This document shows, one piece after another, positions 50,521 through 64,000 of a stretch of DNA of 64,000 bases; the first letter of the stretch is position 1; every line of letters begins with the position of its first letter. A program made the position numbers and the translations under genes. Source of the stretch: Yuukianura sp. NJ FZ-2021. Lineage: Eukaryota. The notes below the pieces were generated by a model. That model was not told the origin of the DNA. It saw only the letters and a list, made by a program, of their open reading frames with translations, and ran no database searches. The stretch lies in NCBI GenBank assembly GCA_046563655.1, contig CM102290.1, forward strand, positions 1,364,001 through 1,428,000, read 5' to 3'.

Positions 50521-51204
50521 CTAACCATCTTGTGTGGCTACAATAGGGGACTAATCTTTGTAGCCGCTCAAACCACAAAAACTTCACATAAAGCGGCAAT
50601 ACCAGCGCACAGCATAGCCTCCCATTGTAGTCGCAAAGTGGCTCCAATGGAACGGGTTAGACCTTATTCCAGCCGTTATTTTTGTTTTGAGTTTTTAGTT
50701 GGAATCACAACAATATCAACCCATAACAAACACGTTTACTTTTTTTTTTAATTCCACTCAATTTCGGAGTTTTTCTTCCTCGCTCACGATTTTTAGCGAT
50801 CAGCGATCGATATCGATTGTCCACACAAGCCAGAATGGTAATGGACAACCTAGATGGAACCAAAGGACTATCCGTATACAGGCCGGTGAAAGCTAAAGGT
50901 TGGTTACATATTTAATTTACCAATCAGGTACTATCATCCCATTCCCAACTTAACAATTCCATGTAATAAGTTATCGAAATAAATAAATCGAACGGAACCC
51001 TGGCTCATTGATTATAACAGGTCTGGTAGATAATCTTAAATGTTTGTTGGATTTGTGTGTTTAATTAATTTCATACAATCCGCTGGGTTTCACTTGTCAT
51101 CTCTTTTCAGATGTCGTAAGAACACATTGCAACACAGGTACTGCTCAGTTCGCTCTAACCCTGTTTTTGCTTGCGACCCGAAATCACGAGAAATATTGTG
51201 CAAA

Positions 51205-54200
51205 ATGTTTGCCTACTTGAGTAAGAAAGTAAGTATCACCCTGTTAAAACAACTGGATCAATAAGCTCAAGTAGTAGCTGTCTAGGTAAATGTGCAATTG
51301 TAATTTGTTGTATCGTTTTAGCTGGAGATGTCAAGCGGGGCCAATGTTAGATGCCTTGCCTGGAGTCCAACGAATAATTACCTTGCATGTGGCTGCGACA
51401 ATGGTTTACTAAAAGTTCTCAAGATTGACACGTACAAGTCGACTCAAGTGGAAGACGAGACGAACAACGGGGTTCCACATTCAGTGGGATACTTGGCTTC
51501 ACCATCAAATATATTACTAAACCAGACGTTGGAAGGACACTCATGCCCAATCCAAGTCATAGCTTGGAATAACGTGCACAACAAACTAACAACAAGTGAC
51601 TCGAGAGGTTCGTCGTTCTTATGTTATCCTACTATATACATTTGATTTGTGTCGTCATTTCATTCCGTCTAAAATCTAAACCTATTGAACAAAAATCCAT
51701 TCTGGGCGAACATAGGGTTGATTGTTGTATGGATGCTGTACAAGGGATCTTGGTACGAAGAAATGGTAAACAATCGAAACAAATCGACGGTAAGAGGACT
51801 TGCGTGGTCTTCCGATGGAGAAAAGATTTGCATTGTTTACGAAGACGGTAATTCAGAGTTTAGAATATCCTTTACTTTTGGGCGTTATAACTGATTTTAA
51901 ACTAATTAAAGGTGGCGTTATTGTCGGATCATTGGATGGCAATCGTCTTTGGAGTAAAGAATTGCGTGGTCCGCAATTGACTGGAGTGTGCTGGTCGCCG
52001 AATTGCGCTTCTCTACTTTTCAGCCACAACAACGGAGAAATTCATGTTTACGACGCGGAGGGAACATATGTGGTAAGGTTTACTTAACTTACACTCGAAC
52101 TTTACTATAATTGGGTAATATTAGAGAACTGGATGTTTGACTAACTAGACGTTTTGTGTAAGTCCAAATTAGGCATCGATGCTCCCAGTAGAAGTCGAGA
52201 AGATACAGATGCAATTACTACTGTCTGTTGGCACAATTCCGAAGAAGCTCACAACGTAGGCCATACTTTGGCGGTTGTCTTTCGTGAAAATGTGTTGTGC
52301 CTGCTAAATGGAATTTATGATACCTGTAAGTTTTGATATGAATTTTTAAGATCGTCCTAACTCCAATATCTGGTTAACTCAATTTCTCAAAATATTTTCA
52401 AGGCCCGATTTTGGTTAGTACTGGATTGCTTGCTGTATGTGCAGAATGGAGTCCGAATGGTATGTTCCTTGCCATTGGAGGTACACCGTTCAATTCTACA
52501 GAAGGAGTTTCCAAAATCAGGATATTCGGGACGAAGGGAAACGTAAGTCATTCAACAATTTAATATCATTTGTATATCTTAAGTGCTTGTTGAATTTTTA
52601 TTTATGTTCAATTGTAGTTCATGTACGAACTGAATTTACCACTGAAAGGTATCGTGGACCTTGCATGGGATTCTTGGAACCTTCGTCTCGCAATTGGTGT
52701 CGGGGCTAATGTTTTCTTTGCTAACATCCGTCCGTTTTACAAGGCTTGCTTTTATGGCGGATATATGTACGTCTACGTTTACACAAAACCAAATGGTTCG
52801 ACAAACCTGGCATTCTGGGACCAAGAAAAAGTAAAACGGAAACTGAAAAAATGTACTTTTTTAAATGCTGTTTTCTGTAAATGGCATACGTTGCAGGTAA
52901 CGCACCAAGAAATTCCCGGTAGAGCAATAGAAATAAGAGGAAACCGAGATGCCTGTGCAATTCTTACGGAGGTCAATCACTCATGTACTATCGCCATTAC
53001 AAATGTTCATGGGAATGTTATTGACAGTAAGCATTTGTTCTAATGTACAGTTGTTACTACTAACCAGTTTCATGGCCCTACGCATAATTTGTTTATATGT
53101 TCATGTTTGCAGGTCTGAAGCTTGAAAGTATTCAACCGTTTACAATTGCTTTAACTGATATTCTGGTCGTAGCCGTTGCCAAAAATGGAGTAATGCTTTG
53201 GAAATACCACAAAGTTAGTGGAAAAACTCCTGGAAAGACGGATCAAGGAGTGCGGCTTGACAAAGTTTTTCACATCGACGATGAATCAGCATCAGGAACA
53301 CCAGATTTACCTGGGCACACACTTAAAGTAAGTGCACTCGAGTAATTCTTTGCACATTAGTACAGGAATCGATGCATATATGTTTTCGTTTGTGTAGCCT
53401 ACCAAAGATCCGTGCGTATGTGCAGACGCAAAAGAAACGGTTCTAGTGATTGGACGGGAGTCGGGAGCCTTACATGTTTACTCCTTACCACATGGAACTT
53501 TGCTTCATATCATGACTACCGATGTAAATGCTAAATGTTCACTTGCTTTTTTTTCTACTGAATATGATATTGAACCTTATCTTTGATTATTAAAATAGGG
53601 AGTTCCCGCAGCCAAGAGAATTTTTTTAAACATGGACGGTTCACAGTTGGCTATGCTGGATTCTAGTGGAAGTTTGAGTACATGCCACGTCGCTGTGCAG
53701 TCCAGAGCCGTTACCAAGCAATACGAAAAGAAAGACATATGGGACTTACTCTGGGCAAAGGATAATCCGAATCTGTTTTGTATCATGGAGAAGACTCGTC
53801 TGTGAGTGCAATTTTTTACTTTTCAAACCATTTCCAAACACTTTTGAAACTTTTTTTTGGGTTGCTTTCCCTATTTCAGCTACATAATTATGAACGGCGA
53901 AATGCAAGACCCCATCATTTCCAGCGGATACTTACTAAATTTTGTGGTAAACTCTCTTTAGAAACAGAGAATGAACCTATGTGCATCGTTAATTTCGGCA
54001 GTAGTGACATACTTTCTTGCTGTAGGATTTGGAGGTAACGTCAATACTGCTTGACGAACTGATGCGGGATCCAGAAGCGCCAAGTCATCAATTCATTGTC
54101 AAATACGAAGCTCGATCACTTCGAGACACCAGAGCCCTACTGAAGAGTGACACCTCACTGGAAGACATTTTCAAATATGTTGAACTCAATGCGCATCCGA

Positions 54201-55921
54201 TTCTTTGGCAAATGTTGGCACGGAAGGCTCTGTACAATTTGAATTTCAAAATTGCTGAAACTTCGTTTGTTCGATGTCGAGACTACTGTGGAGTGCAGTT
54301 TACGAAGCGAGTGTCAGGACAGACGAAACCTCTTGTTCAAATGGCAGAAATTTCTTCTTTCTACAGCGATTTTCGAAGTGCTGAATCTTACTACCGCCAG
54401 GCTGGAAGAAAGTTAGTGTACTATTTTCTATTTTGGTTTTTAATATTTTTTATATTAATTATTTTATATAATTATACTGTTCCACTTTTCTTGATGTTTT
54501 TATAGGGATCTGGTGATGGAAATGTGGACTTTGTTAGGGAAATGGCAGTGCGTTGATATTGAGAACTTAAGGGAAGCACGCAGTGAATTATCAGAAGAGG
54601 AAATGTGGAATGTCTACGCCGAGATTGGAGATGCCTTTGCTGAAAGTGGCGACTGGTCTTCGGCTAAACCATTTTATGAACTATCAAAAGAGCCACGAAA
54701 GATTTACGAATGCAATCTTATCCTGGAAGACTATGTCGGCCTCGGAAATCTCATCGCTCAACTGAGCAACGACAGCGATTTGTTTGGAAAAATTGGAAAT
54801 GTTCTTTCTTCAGTTGGTCTCTGCGAAATGGCAGTACGTTTCTTACAAATGAGAATTTGTTTGATGTGTAATCGTTTTAAAATCGTTTTTTTCTACTTTC
54901 GTAAAGGTTTACGCATACGTCAGTGGAGGTTTGTTTGAAGAGGCAGTTGAGTGTTGCATTTTTCTAAATCGCTGGAATCTGGCAATGGAGCTCGCTCAGG
55001 ATTACAATCTCCCGAGTAGTGGCCGAGTGATGGTGATGTACGCTAGGTACTGCGTCTCCCCTAACTAAATTGCTTGCATGGAAAACTCTAAGTTTAAATA
55101 ACTTTATTTTCTAATTCAAATTTTTTCAGTCACTTGATCAGTCAAGATGAAATCATGCAAGCCATCGATCTCTTCAGGTCTTGCAGCCGTCCCTTCTATG
55201 GTGCTGTTATAGCTGTCATGGTACGATTTCACTATGTCGTTGTCACTGTTTTGAATTGAACTCCTCATACATTTTATATATTTTGTTTCCACTCTAGCTG
55301 GGACTAAGGTTTCTCGAATATGACGAATTTAACGTGATGCTTGTGCGGAAGTTGTTCAGCTTGGCAGCGATTTTGGTGAAGCCGGGATCACTAATTCCGG
55401 AGCAGATACAACCCCAAGCGAGTTTGGACGAATTGTTCGAATTTTACATGCCACAGGATTTAGTTCCCCCTGTGGACGTGGTGGATTGGATTCAATGCGA
55501 CTCGTGGCGTGGGGTCAATGCAATCAATTGTTTCATCGCTGTTCAGCGGAAGATTTACACCAAAGACTACCGTGAGGCTATCCGTCGAGGGGTGTATCTC
55601 TTGTAAGCTAATACTGCTCCGCCAAAGCAAATATGCGCTATATTGTACTTTTTTGGCTTTCAAACGGGAGAGTTTCACTTGTTTGTTGTTAATTTTAGAG
55701 AGTACGTGGATATTTTGGGCGAGGAAAGAGTTGGATGCATCATTGGACTCACCGCTGCTAATTGCGAGGCTTTTCATGTCGCTTCTCAAGCTTTCATGTT
55801 GCTCGAAGCGTTCGACCCATCATATTTGAAAATTTCTTCACAACTGTTTTCTGACCTCGATCCGGTAGATCTGGTAGACATTGGGGCTCACACTGGAAAC
55901 GCACACAATGACGACGAGTAG
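51205..55921 (+). CDS. WDR35: WD repeat protein 35 / IFT121 (IFT-A complex)
   Basis: MFAYLSKK start, [69 protein letters not shown] and FVRCRDY. Multi-exon, stop at 55921. Confidence 0.93.
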
Positions 55922-57133
55922 CTGTATGAATCTACGGAATGGAGGGTTTGAATGAACAATTTGACAAAATCATCACGGTAAGGCAAAGGAGGAAAACTAT
56001 AACACAAACATCGATATGTAGAACCAGTAATTCCCGAAATCAATTAATTTTGTTTGCTCATCTTTTGATCTAAAGTGGTCTGTTACTTTGTATAATCACC
56101 ATTAGTGAAACCCAAGCGAATTTAGGAGTGAACCACCGTCATGAGTGTATCTATCAGTTGGTTAGTGCTCTATTTGTACTACTAGTTAAAATGTTTGTTA
56201 CAATATTAGCAACCTAACTAGTTGTCAATATAGGCACATCAGGATCTATTTAAAGACTGATACTATTTCAGGACGTTTGTGCGTATATTTTGACTATCAG
56301 TACCGACATTGTTTGTTTTATTCAACATAAACTTAAGCAGAATATCGTGCTATCCCTCTTTCTGAAATATAAGTGAATGAACTTACTTCCTTACAAATTG
56401 TCATACAGTACTAATTGAAATTTTGCACTTTCCTTTTTAGTTTATTTTTTGTACTTGTATAGTAGAAGTTCAAAAGATGCTGACCTTCGTGCTGGGCGAC
56501 GACATTAACTCGTGTTTGACCAAGGCCAAGGCCTCTCTTGTAATGAGTTTAGTTGAAAAGAAAACCTGAAAATTTTAAGACGCTGGTCATACAAATTTTC
56601 AGGGTCAACCAGATATCCAGGTTATGCGGGCTGAAGCACCAAAGGAAACGAAAAACCCATATCTCGCATAGTGTCGAAAAAATTCTTACAATTGACAATT
56701 GCAGCTTTTGCAATTAAATTGAAGCTGCATGTACTGAAGATCAGTAGTAGAAAGTTTTTTTTTTTTCAAATGAATCGGTGAGGCCAATGAACTCTTCTAA
56801 AATTCTGTCCCACAGTGCAGCGTGAAAAATTGGATTCAATTCTTCTACCAACCAACGCAATATCGCCCAATTTTCAACACTTTGCAAAACAGATCTCCGC
56901 CTAGTATGAATAGTAGTAGGGGCAAAGATCATCTAAAGGGCTGGGTGATGTCTGATCTCTTAAGGAATTTGTGCAGATTAGTTTTGCGTAGGTGCTTCAC
57001 AGGTATTTCAGAACTTTTAGGACATTTTTATGGGGGAACAATAGGAAGATTTGGTTAGCAGCATCAGGGTGGGATTCCAATTCGCAATAGGAATGCAACC
57101 TGAATGAGAATTCAGGAGTGTAGGGTGGTGGTT

Positions 57134-57233
57134 TGAGTCAGGGAACAGGGTGGGGCCTTAGGTCACTTTCAAATGGGGGTCATGACCTCTACCCCCACGA
57201 GTTGTCAGTCCAGGTCAAATTAACGCCGGGTCA
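57134..57233. promoter_or_regulatory. Nuclear-receptor half-site cluster upstream of MTMR14
   Basis: AGGTCA at 57160, IR0 GGGTCATGACCT at 57177-57188, AGGTCA at 57212, GGGTCA at 57228 and AP-1 TGAGTCA at 57134. Confidence 0.4.
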
Positions 57234-58384
57234 ATACTGCCAGGAAATTATGGGCATTCTAATTCGAAGTTCGCGCAACTAGAGTTGACAATCTGCGTCG
57301 TTACGGCCCTGCTTGAGACCAGGAGACACATGGTTCAGCGGTATTTTTTACGTGTTCCTCGCCTTCTACTTTCTAATTCTACTGCTTTACAACAAATACA
57401 AGCTAAAGTATACAGACACCGCAGCCAGTCTATGGAATTAACAGCAGTGTCTACAGAACTAATCTATTAAACCAAACCACTACTGTAGCTACAGATTTTC
57501 GCGTTTTGACTATTTTACATTACATATTACAGATAGCAGATACGGAGTAAACAGGCGAATCCTCTCCAATTCAAAGATAATCAGTTCTCTGTCGGACACA
57601 CAACAACGTCAATCACATCTCTTCCAGTGCAGTTGACTTGACTTCGACAGTAACCTTTAACACACTGTAAGTAACATAACAACAGTTATTGGATAAGACC
57701 ATGCGGTATTCTCATAGCTTCTTTAAACAATCTGGGTTAGGTTACTTCAATATCACTTCCTTCTGGACAGCGATGTGGAAGGAAGACCAAGACGGGGTTA
57801 CGACTATTGACAACACGCAAACTGCTAGTGGTACTAGAAGAACTTGAATTTGATTTGACTTCGATATTGTGCCAAAGTTCACCACATTTCAGCTACAGTT
57901 TGATCCTCCGCCCCCTGCCCCCATTTCAGATGCACTGTTCCAGCTGCGTATTTCTCAATCAAATTCAACGTGAGGTAGGAGATGAGGCAGTGATGTTTAG
58001 GTTGACAACTAACAAAGACGACGATCAGATCAACTGAAATCCTTTTGGTGAGTAGTCTTGTTCGCGAAATACTCGATGTCACTTACCGATTGTTGCATAT
58101 AGACTCAAATATGACGTTTTTCTATTAGATGGTTTGGAACATAGTTCGGTCTCAGTTTCAGAGTGTGCGTGTTTCGAACACGATTCCAACTTACAAGTTA
58201 ATGAAAAGGGAATGCTTTCTGACATGGTGTTTTGTTTGTTTTAGGTATCTGTCTAGTGGGAACAACAAATTCAACAAAGTGACAGTTTGAAAAACGTGGT
58301 TATTCGTTTTTGTTTTTGTGCGGCCGTGTTTAGGGGTGGATTCTTAGAAAGGACTTGGCATTTGCTGCACACATCGATTTAACT

Positions 58385-61300
58385 ATGATGGACCCATTGT
58401 TAACTGTTCCACCATTAACTCCATCGACACTACCGTCTGTAGTCAACCTAGTAAATGGAGGCAACTGCAAACAAAGCAATGGGCATACTGCAAGTTCTTC
58501 AAATGTTTTTAAGAAGGATGAGTCAGTCATCAAAGACAGTCTTACAGTCACCGCAGACGACTTAAAGAGCTTACTCGAATTCTTTGCAAAAACTACCTAC
58601 AAAGCCAAAGATACACAGCCAAAGGTAAGTTGGACTTAAACTGTATTCGAATAACAATTTTCGTTTAACGCAGTTTTATCAAAAGGAAAGAAAGTTAAGA
58701 AACCCGGAAAATGTTGGATTTATCGCCTTGAATGACGCAAACTCTCTCTTTCCTTGTGTTCCCACTACCCACCTTCAATGAAGATCATCCAAACGAACTT
58801 TTTCTTAGAATAAAGTAGTTTTAGTTCATCGAATCTCAACTCATGCAAAACAAAATTGGCATTTATTCTCTCTTGCACAATAGTTGGCTTAATACAGACC
58901 GTTAACCTCAATATTCGTTAAATGACTCACGAACAAATGATTTTGGCATTTTTTTTGGTTAACGGTTTGAGGGGGAAACTTGCCGTATGAATGAACATAG
59001 TCTTAGTTTTAGAATTTAACGAAATCTTGTCCACGTTTGATTTTCTATCCTTTTCTTTTCAGGTTCAACATGTGATGCTCCGTTGTATGAATCTTTTTGG
59101 GGTGGACTACAATTATTCCGTAAATTACAACTATTATTAATTGACAGCCGAAATTATAGTGACCAAGCCACTGAAATGTAAAACTCTATTTTTACTGATG
59201 TTGTTACAGGTTCTATCCAACGCATCGGGAGAATTGAGTACGAATTATCCAAGCAATTTGATAATCCTTGAGTCGGAAAAGGATCCGTTGTCTCCTTCTC
59301 GTCGCATAAAATTCGGTTCCAGCGCCGATGCCACTAATGGTGGCCTTTATGCTTCATGTTCCCAATCGGCTGCTCTGTCGTCCAATATTAAAATGGGCGG
59401 CCTTTCGTCGAGCTGGAGACTTGGCTCCACTGTGTCGTCAGGCCCAAGTTCACTCCAAGATGGAAACTATGAATTACCAAAGCTCAAGGACCTGTGTAGC
59501 AGAGCTCGTTTTGCAAGATGTCGAGCCCGCTTCCCTGTCCCTGTGATTCTTTATAACCAGAAACACATTTGCCGGTAAGGTTGACTTTGCGTTTTCTAAT
59601 TTTTGCATTGAGTCGTTCACCGTCGGCTATTGCTTAATTCTTATTTCAGATCAGCCACACTGTCGGGTGGACCGGAAATTTACGGGCGTTCATCTTTCGA
59701 TTATTTCTTCTCTGGTGGTGGTATGGATCCGGAACCTGGCGGCGGTGAAGACGAGATCATATTTTCGGAAGCGCAGAGTCAGAGTGACTGGCAACTTTTT
59801 GATCGCGTTAGAAGTCAAGATATACGCCTGTTAAAGACGTTCCAAGTAGAAACCATTGTAGACCTCATGGTGGAGAAGAAGAAAGTAAAGTTTGGGGTGA
59901 AGTAAGTGAATTTACCTTTCGATTTTACTTTACTTACCATCCGTTTAATCTTAACTACCTCGTTTTCATGCAGTGTGACTTCGTCGGAGAAAGTAGACAA
60001 GGAGAACCGCTATGCAGAATTTAATATCGTCTCTCTGCCTTATCCTGGCTGTGAATTTTTTAAACAATATCGTGACAATGGGTACGTAGCTGAAGAGCTT
60101 GTTTTTGAATGGAATCAGGGCCATGTAGATGCAAATATTTGTGTTCCGTCGGACCCAACCGCTGCCTCACTCAAGTTAGACTGGTCGCGCTACAGGGTAC
60201 GGAGACATTACTGTTTTATATAAATATGACTTTCTACAGGGTACGGAGACATTACTGTTTTATATAAATATGACTTTGAATGATGGAAAACAATTTTGTT
60301 TTTCAGGATTGGGATCTAGTAGTGTTGAGTCAAAACTACCTAAAATTGTTACTCGGATACTTACGTGATAGAGACAGTGGACTGTTGATTCATTGCATTT
60401 CGGGCTGGGACCGCACGCCGTTGTTCATTTCTCTTCTGAGGCTTTCGCTTTGGGCAGATGGAGCCATTCACAAATCATTGGATGCTGACCAAGTAAAATT
60501 AAATAAGAACTAAGAAGATTCGTATCATGTGTCTAAGACTTTAAGTTTCGTTCTTTCCTTTCCGTATATAGATTTTGTACCTGACGCTAGCTTATGACTG
60601 GCTTCTGTTTGGGCACAATCTCGAGGACCGATTGAATAAGGGAGAAGAGATTCTGTTTTTTTGTTTTAATTTTCTGAAGTACATTGTTGACCCTCAGTTC
60701 AGTATAAACAAAACGTAAGGCTAACAACAATCCTTAAAAAGACATCAACGTAAGAAACCTTTCTCACTTTTATACATAGATCTGAAGCCTCCAAGTCAAA
60801 CTTGTCAAAAGTTCGGAATGATTCGGATGTTCACTTGGAGGGAGTGCTGTTGGACCATGAAGGATGTCAAACAAGTCCAGACGGTTCTAATTGGAGCTTA
60901 AATTCGTACAGCAGTGTTCAAAGTACGAGGAGTCAAGAACCAGCACCAGCTTATTTTGCAGTGAGCAATGACTCATGGGAGGAATGCAATATCACCCACC
61001 CTCAACTTCCGCATCTCAATTGTCAGTCACAGAATGAGTCTAATCACGTTCATCTCCATAGTCATCCAATGCTTACTACGAACGGAGCCATCACAGGTTC
61101 CTGCCTTATTACAACTTCAATGATCAACTCAACCACAGCCATAGCCACAACCGCCTCCTATGAAGGGACTCTCGCTGGGGGATTCTCAAAGTCACAGTCG
61201 CCAAATCGATCACTGCTAGATACTATTGCCTCTTCCGGAATACTTCCGACAGCTCCGATTGCATCCAAAGGAATTTTACCGGAAATTCTGACGCATCAAG

Positions 61301-62286
61301 GAAGTGTTGGTGAGCGGGAACGTTTGGAATGTGGTAGCCCACATGGAAAAACGAGTCCCGTGGCTGTTCCATTGCCAAATCGTCTTCAACTTAATCATCA
61401 TACTCGCCATGAATCTAATTCTTCGGCCAGCATTGGAAGGTAAAATAATCAGAATGCTCAAACATGTAACGGAAGTTGAAATGTTCAGTCCTGTTTTTTT
61501 TTAAAAGTTGGCAACTAATTACCGGAACTGGAAGTTTGAGAGAAAACCTATTCTCTACTGTATCAGGATCTTACTCATCTCACTCACATCCTTCTCGACT
61601 ATCTGCGTAAGTACCTCGTTTACAAACAAGTCAACCATTCTATCTTGTTATCTGAAGTTTTCATACTTTTTTTTCTTTTTATCTTTAGAAATCTGGAATT
61701 AGACTGCATCGAGGCTTCTGAGAGCAGTTGCACTTTGGTCGAAGACTTAACACCAATCGAATCTAAACCGCCTCCGTTTCCAACACCTTCGGGAGTTCTC
61801 GTTGATGAGTGCGCTGGACCAGTCAACACAGCGATTCCATTCGAAGAAGAATTGGGATTTGCACTAGAGGAGAGCTTTAAAATAAGGTTAGATGATCAGG
61901 AGAATGGAAGTTGTCCGCCTGATACACTTGATTTGGTGACAAGAAGTTCAAGTCATGACGATGAGAATGTCCTCACTGCCAGCACAACTCCGACCAAAGA
62001 ACAAGAGGACGACATTGACGTCGTCGATGGAATCGGTAGTAATATTGTGTTCACAAATAATAACAATGACGAGGGCGTTGTCAATTCCGAAGCGTCAACG
62101 CAGAGACTTGAGAGATTGGACAAGGTTCGGTCGAGATTTTACTCGTTATACGATTCTTCGATCCGGACGAGTCGTAATCTAACTGAAAGTACTGGAAGTG
62201 GAGGAGGTGGGCTTGGGTTTTTAATTGGAAACATTGCTACTAAAGTTGGGATTCGTACAGCTACACATCGTACGACGCATGTGTAA
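58385..62286 (+). CDS. MTMR14: Myotubularin-related protein 14 (EDTP/Jumpy) phosphoinositide phosphatase
   Basis: RARFARCRARFPVPVI, RSATLSGGPEIYGR, DLMVEKKKVKFG, TSSEKVDKENRY, SLPYPGCEFF, catalytic HCISGWDRTPLF (60391-) and LAYDWLLFGHNL. Confidence 0.95.
60190..60277 (+). repeat. Perfect 44-bp tandem duplication spanning an MTMR14 splice donor
   Basis: CTACAGGGTACGGAGACATTACTGTTTTATATAAATATGACTTT at both 60190-60233 and 60234-60277. Confidence 0.95.
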
Positions 62287-63442
62287 TAGGCCTCAGTTAG
62301 CTTTGACTTTCCCATTATGTAAACTCCCACAGCTCATCTCATCGCTCGTTTTACGTTTAATTTATTTTGTTAAAAATCTCTTCCCGAACGTCTACTCTCT
62401 TCCTCAAAAAATGGACGCTCAATTGAAGCAGAAGTTGCAGCATAAAATTTCAAACCAAAGAAAGGGATACAAAATGCCAGTTTGTGGAGTTTGCTTCTTC
62501 GCAGCAGAAGAACTCAATTGTAGCTTAAACATGAGGTTTTTTTTTGAACGGCGAACAAATACTAATGTAGGAAGATTTTATTTCGGATTAAGCTAAAACG
62601 TTACCGGCAGCGTTTGAGAATTGGTACATGCGACTAATGGTTGCTTCTTTTGCAGGTTATGGAATAGTGTATTGTGAGGCTAAAAGAGTCACTATTTTGT
62701 AATACATCCGCAAATGCTAACAATTTAGAAGAGAGATTTATACCAAAGGTTCAATTTTATTAAACATAAGCGGTTTTTAACATTAGAATTAAGGGATATA
62801 CGTAAGCTCAATCGTTATCATACGGTAATGTACAATCAAGAAGGAATACAATTGTTAACTAATTTAAGATGGAGGAGCATGCGGAACAGGCTAAACTTAA
62901 CGTTAGTAAGGCATGGGGTTTACATTTCTTTTAAAGAAATGAGGTCACTGTGTAAGTTAGCAGTTATTATTTCTAAAAATACTGGATTCTTTTGTAAAAA
63001 TTTAATTCTGTTCAGTTATGATGGGCTAACGGTACAAAGTCACAATAGAGAAAGCTTACCCACGACTAAAGCTTCTACGGGTGTTTTGTTCTTGATGCTA
63101 AATTTTAACTTTGTTTTTCAAAACAACCTAACCGCCTTCTCTGTTAATTAATTTGTGTTCTTAAATTAATAGGAATGTTCAACTGATGACAAGTCACAGC
63201 AATTGGTTTTAAAAAGACAATTCAAAGCTTTAGAGACGACAGGACAGTAATGAACAAGGGATGGAAAACATTTAGACTTAAAAATCCACATGTGCTAAAT
63301 CGTGTTGTGTAATTTAGAAAGTGAAAGTAAAGATTCGGGAAAAGGATAACCTTAACAAGCTCGAAAGTGTGAAGTTTTTTTTAAAATTGAATTTTAGGTT
63401 GGTTCACGAAAATTTGACAGAGATGATGAAGAAGACTTTCTC

Positions 63443-63720
63443 TTATTTCTTGTAGAGGGAGTAATTTTCAACGAAGCATGAACAGGCAGATGGAATTTCA
63501 AAAACATCCACTGTTGGTTTTTTGTTGGGATTGTACGGATCGAGGCAGATGAGCTTTACGTAGGTGTAGCGCTGAACGCAGTAAGATCTACCATTTTTAT
63601 TTTGGTGGGAGTAACAAAATTTCAATCAATTTCATTAATTCTAGTTTTCGTAATTGTAGGAAAAGTTAAAAGTGTTACCTGTAGCATGGGGGCATGTATT
63701 CGCATTTCTTTTTAGGATAT
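63443..63720 (-). CDS. 3' end of a spaetzle/neurotrophin-like cystine-knot gene (5' part probably beyond the window)
   Basis: Exons 63720-63679 (YPKKKCEYMPPCYR) and 63587-63443 (SYCVQRYTYVKLICLDPYNPNKKPTVDVFEIPSACSCFVE...*). C-x-Q-x-Y and P-S-A-C-S-C are typical of the Spaetzle domain. Confidence 0.8.
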
Positions 63721-64000
63721 CTACAAAAAAAACGAGAGAAAAGAAGTCAGGAGAAAGTAAGCGAGTTCATTTAGCAGAATGACTGTGGTTTAAATTATTC
63801 AGGGTTGTTCAAATATGTTTTTTGAACAACTTCTTTTTATATGAATTTTGTTTAAGCCATCACCACAGCGGTAATTGTGGGCTGCGTGTGTGAAAGAGCA
63901 GAGAAAGGAGGAAGTGTCCACTTGAGAGAAAGTATAGACACGGGGGCACTCAGGTAGGGTTGCTAGGCAACTAGAAATTGGGGCGTCCCACTTCAAGGGC

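Overview
Compact, AT-rich animal (most likely arthropod) genomic DNA with short GT-AG introns of about 60-70 nt. Positions 1-~12,610 are a 59-bp satellite array that flips orientation at ~8,798, forming a multi-kb palindrome with a 14-nt spacer. Each arm has its own higher-order repeat (23-mer on the left, 18/19-mer on the right). A 29-bp minisatellite ending in a hairpin follows, then a dense gene block: BLTP3/UHRF1BP1-like (+), IQCD/DRC10-like (-), an orphan secreted Cys-rich protein (+), an orphan putatively myristoylated/palmitoylated protein (+), RBM19 (-), a GSEFLamide/EFLamide neuropeptide precursor with 17 MGSEFLG and 2 LGSELLG copies (+), hnRNP K (-), WDR35/IFT121 (+), MTMR14 (+) and the 3' end of a spaetzle-family gene (-). 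Also seen: MITE-like fold-back elements, candidate microexons, a splice-donor duplication, X-box motifs and a nuclear-receptor half-site cluster. Gene names come from my recognition of protein motifs, not from a database search. Exon boundaries were read by eye.
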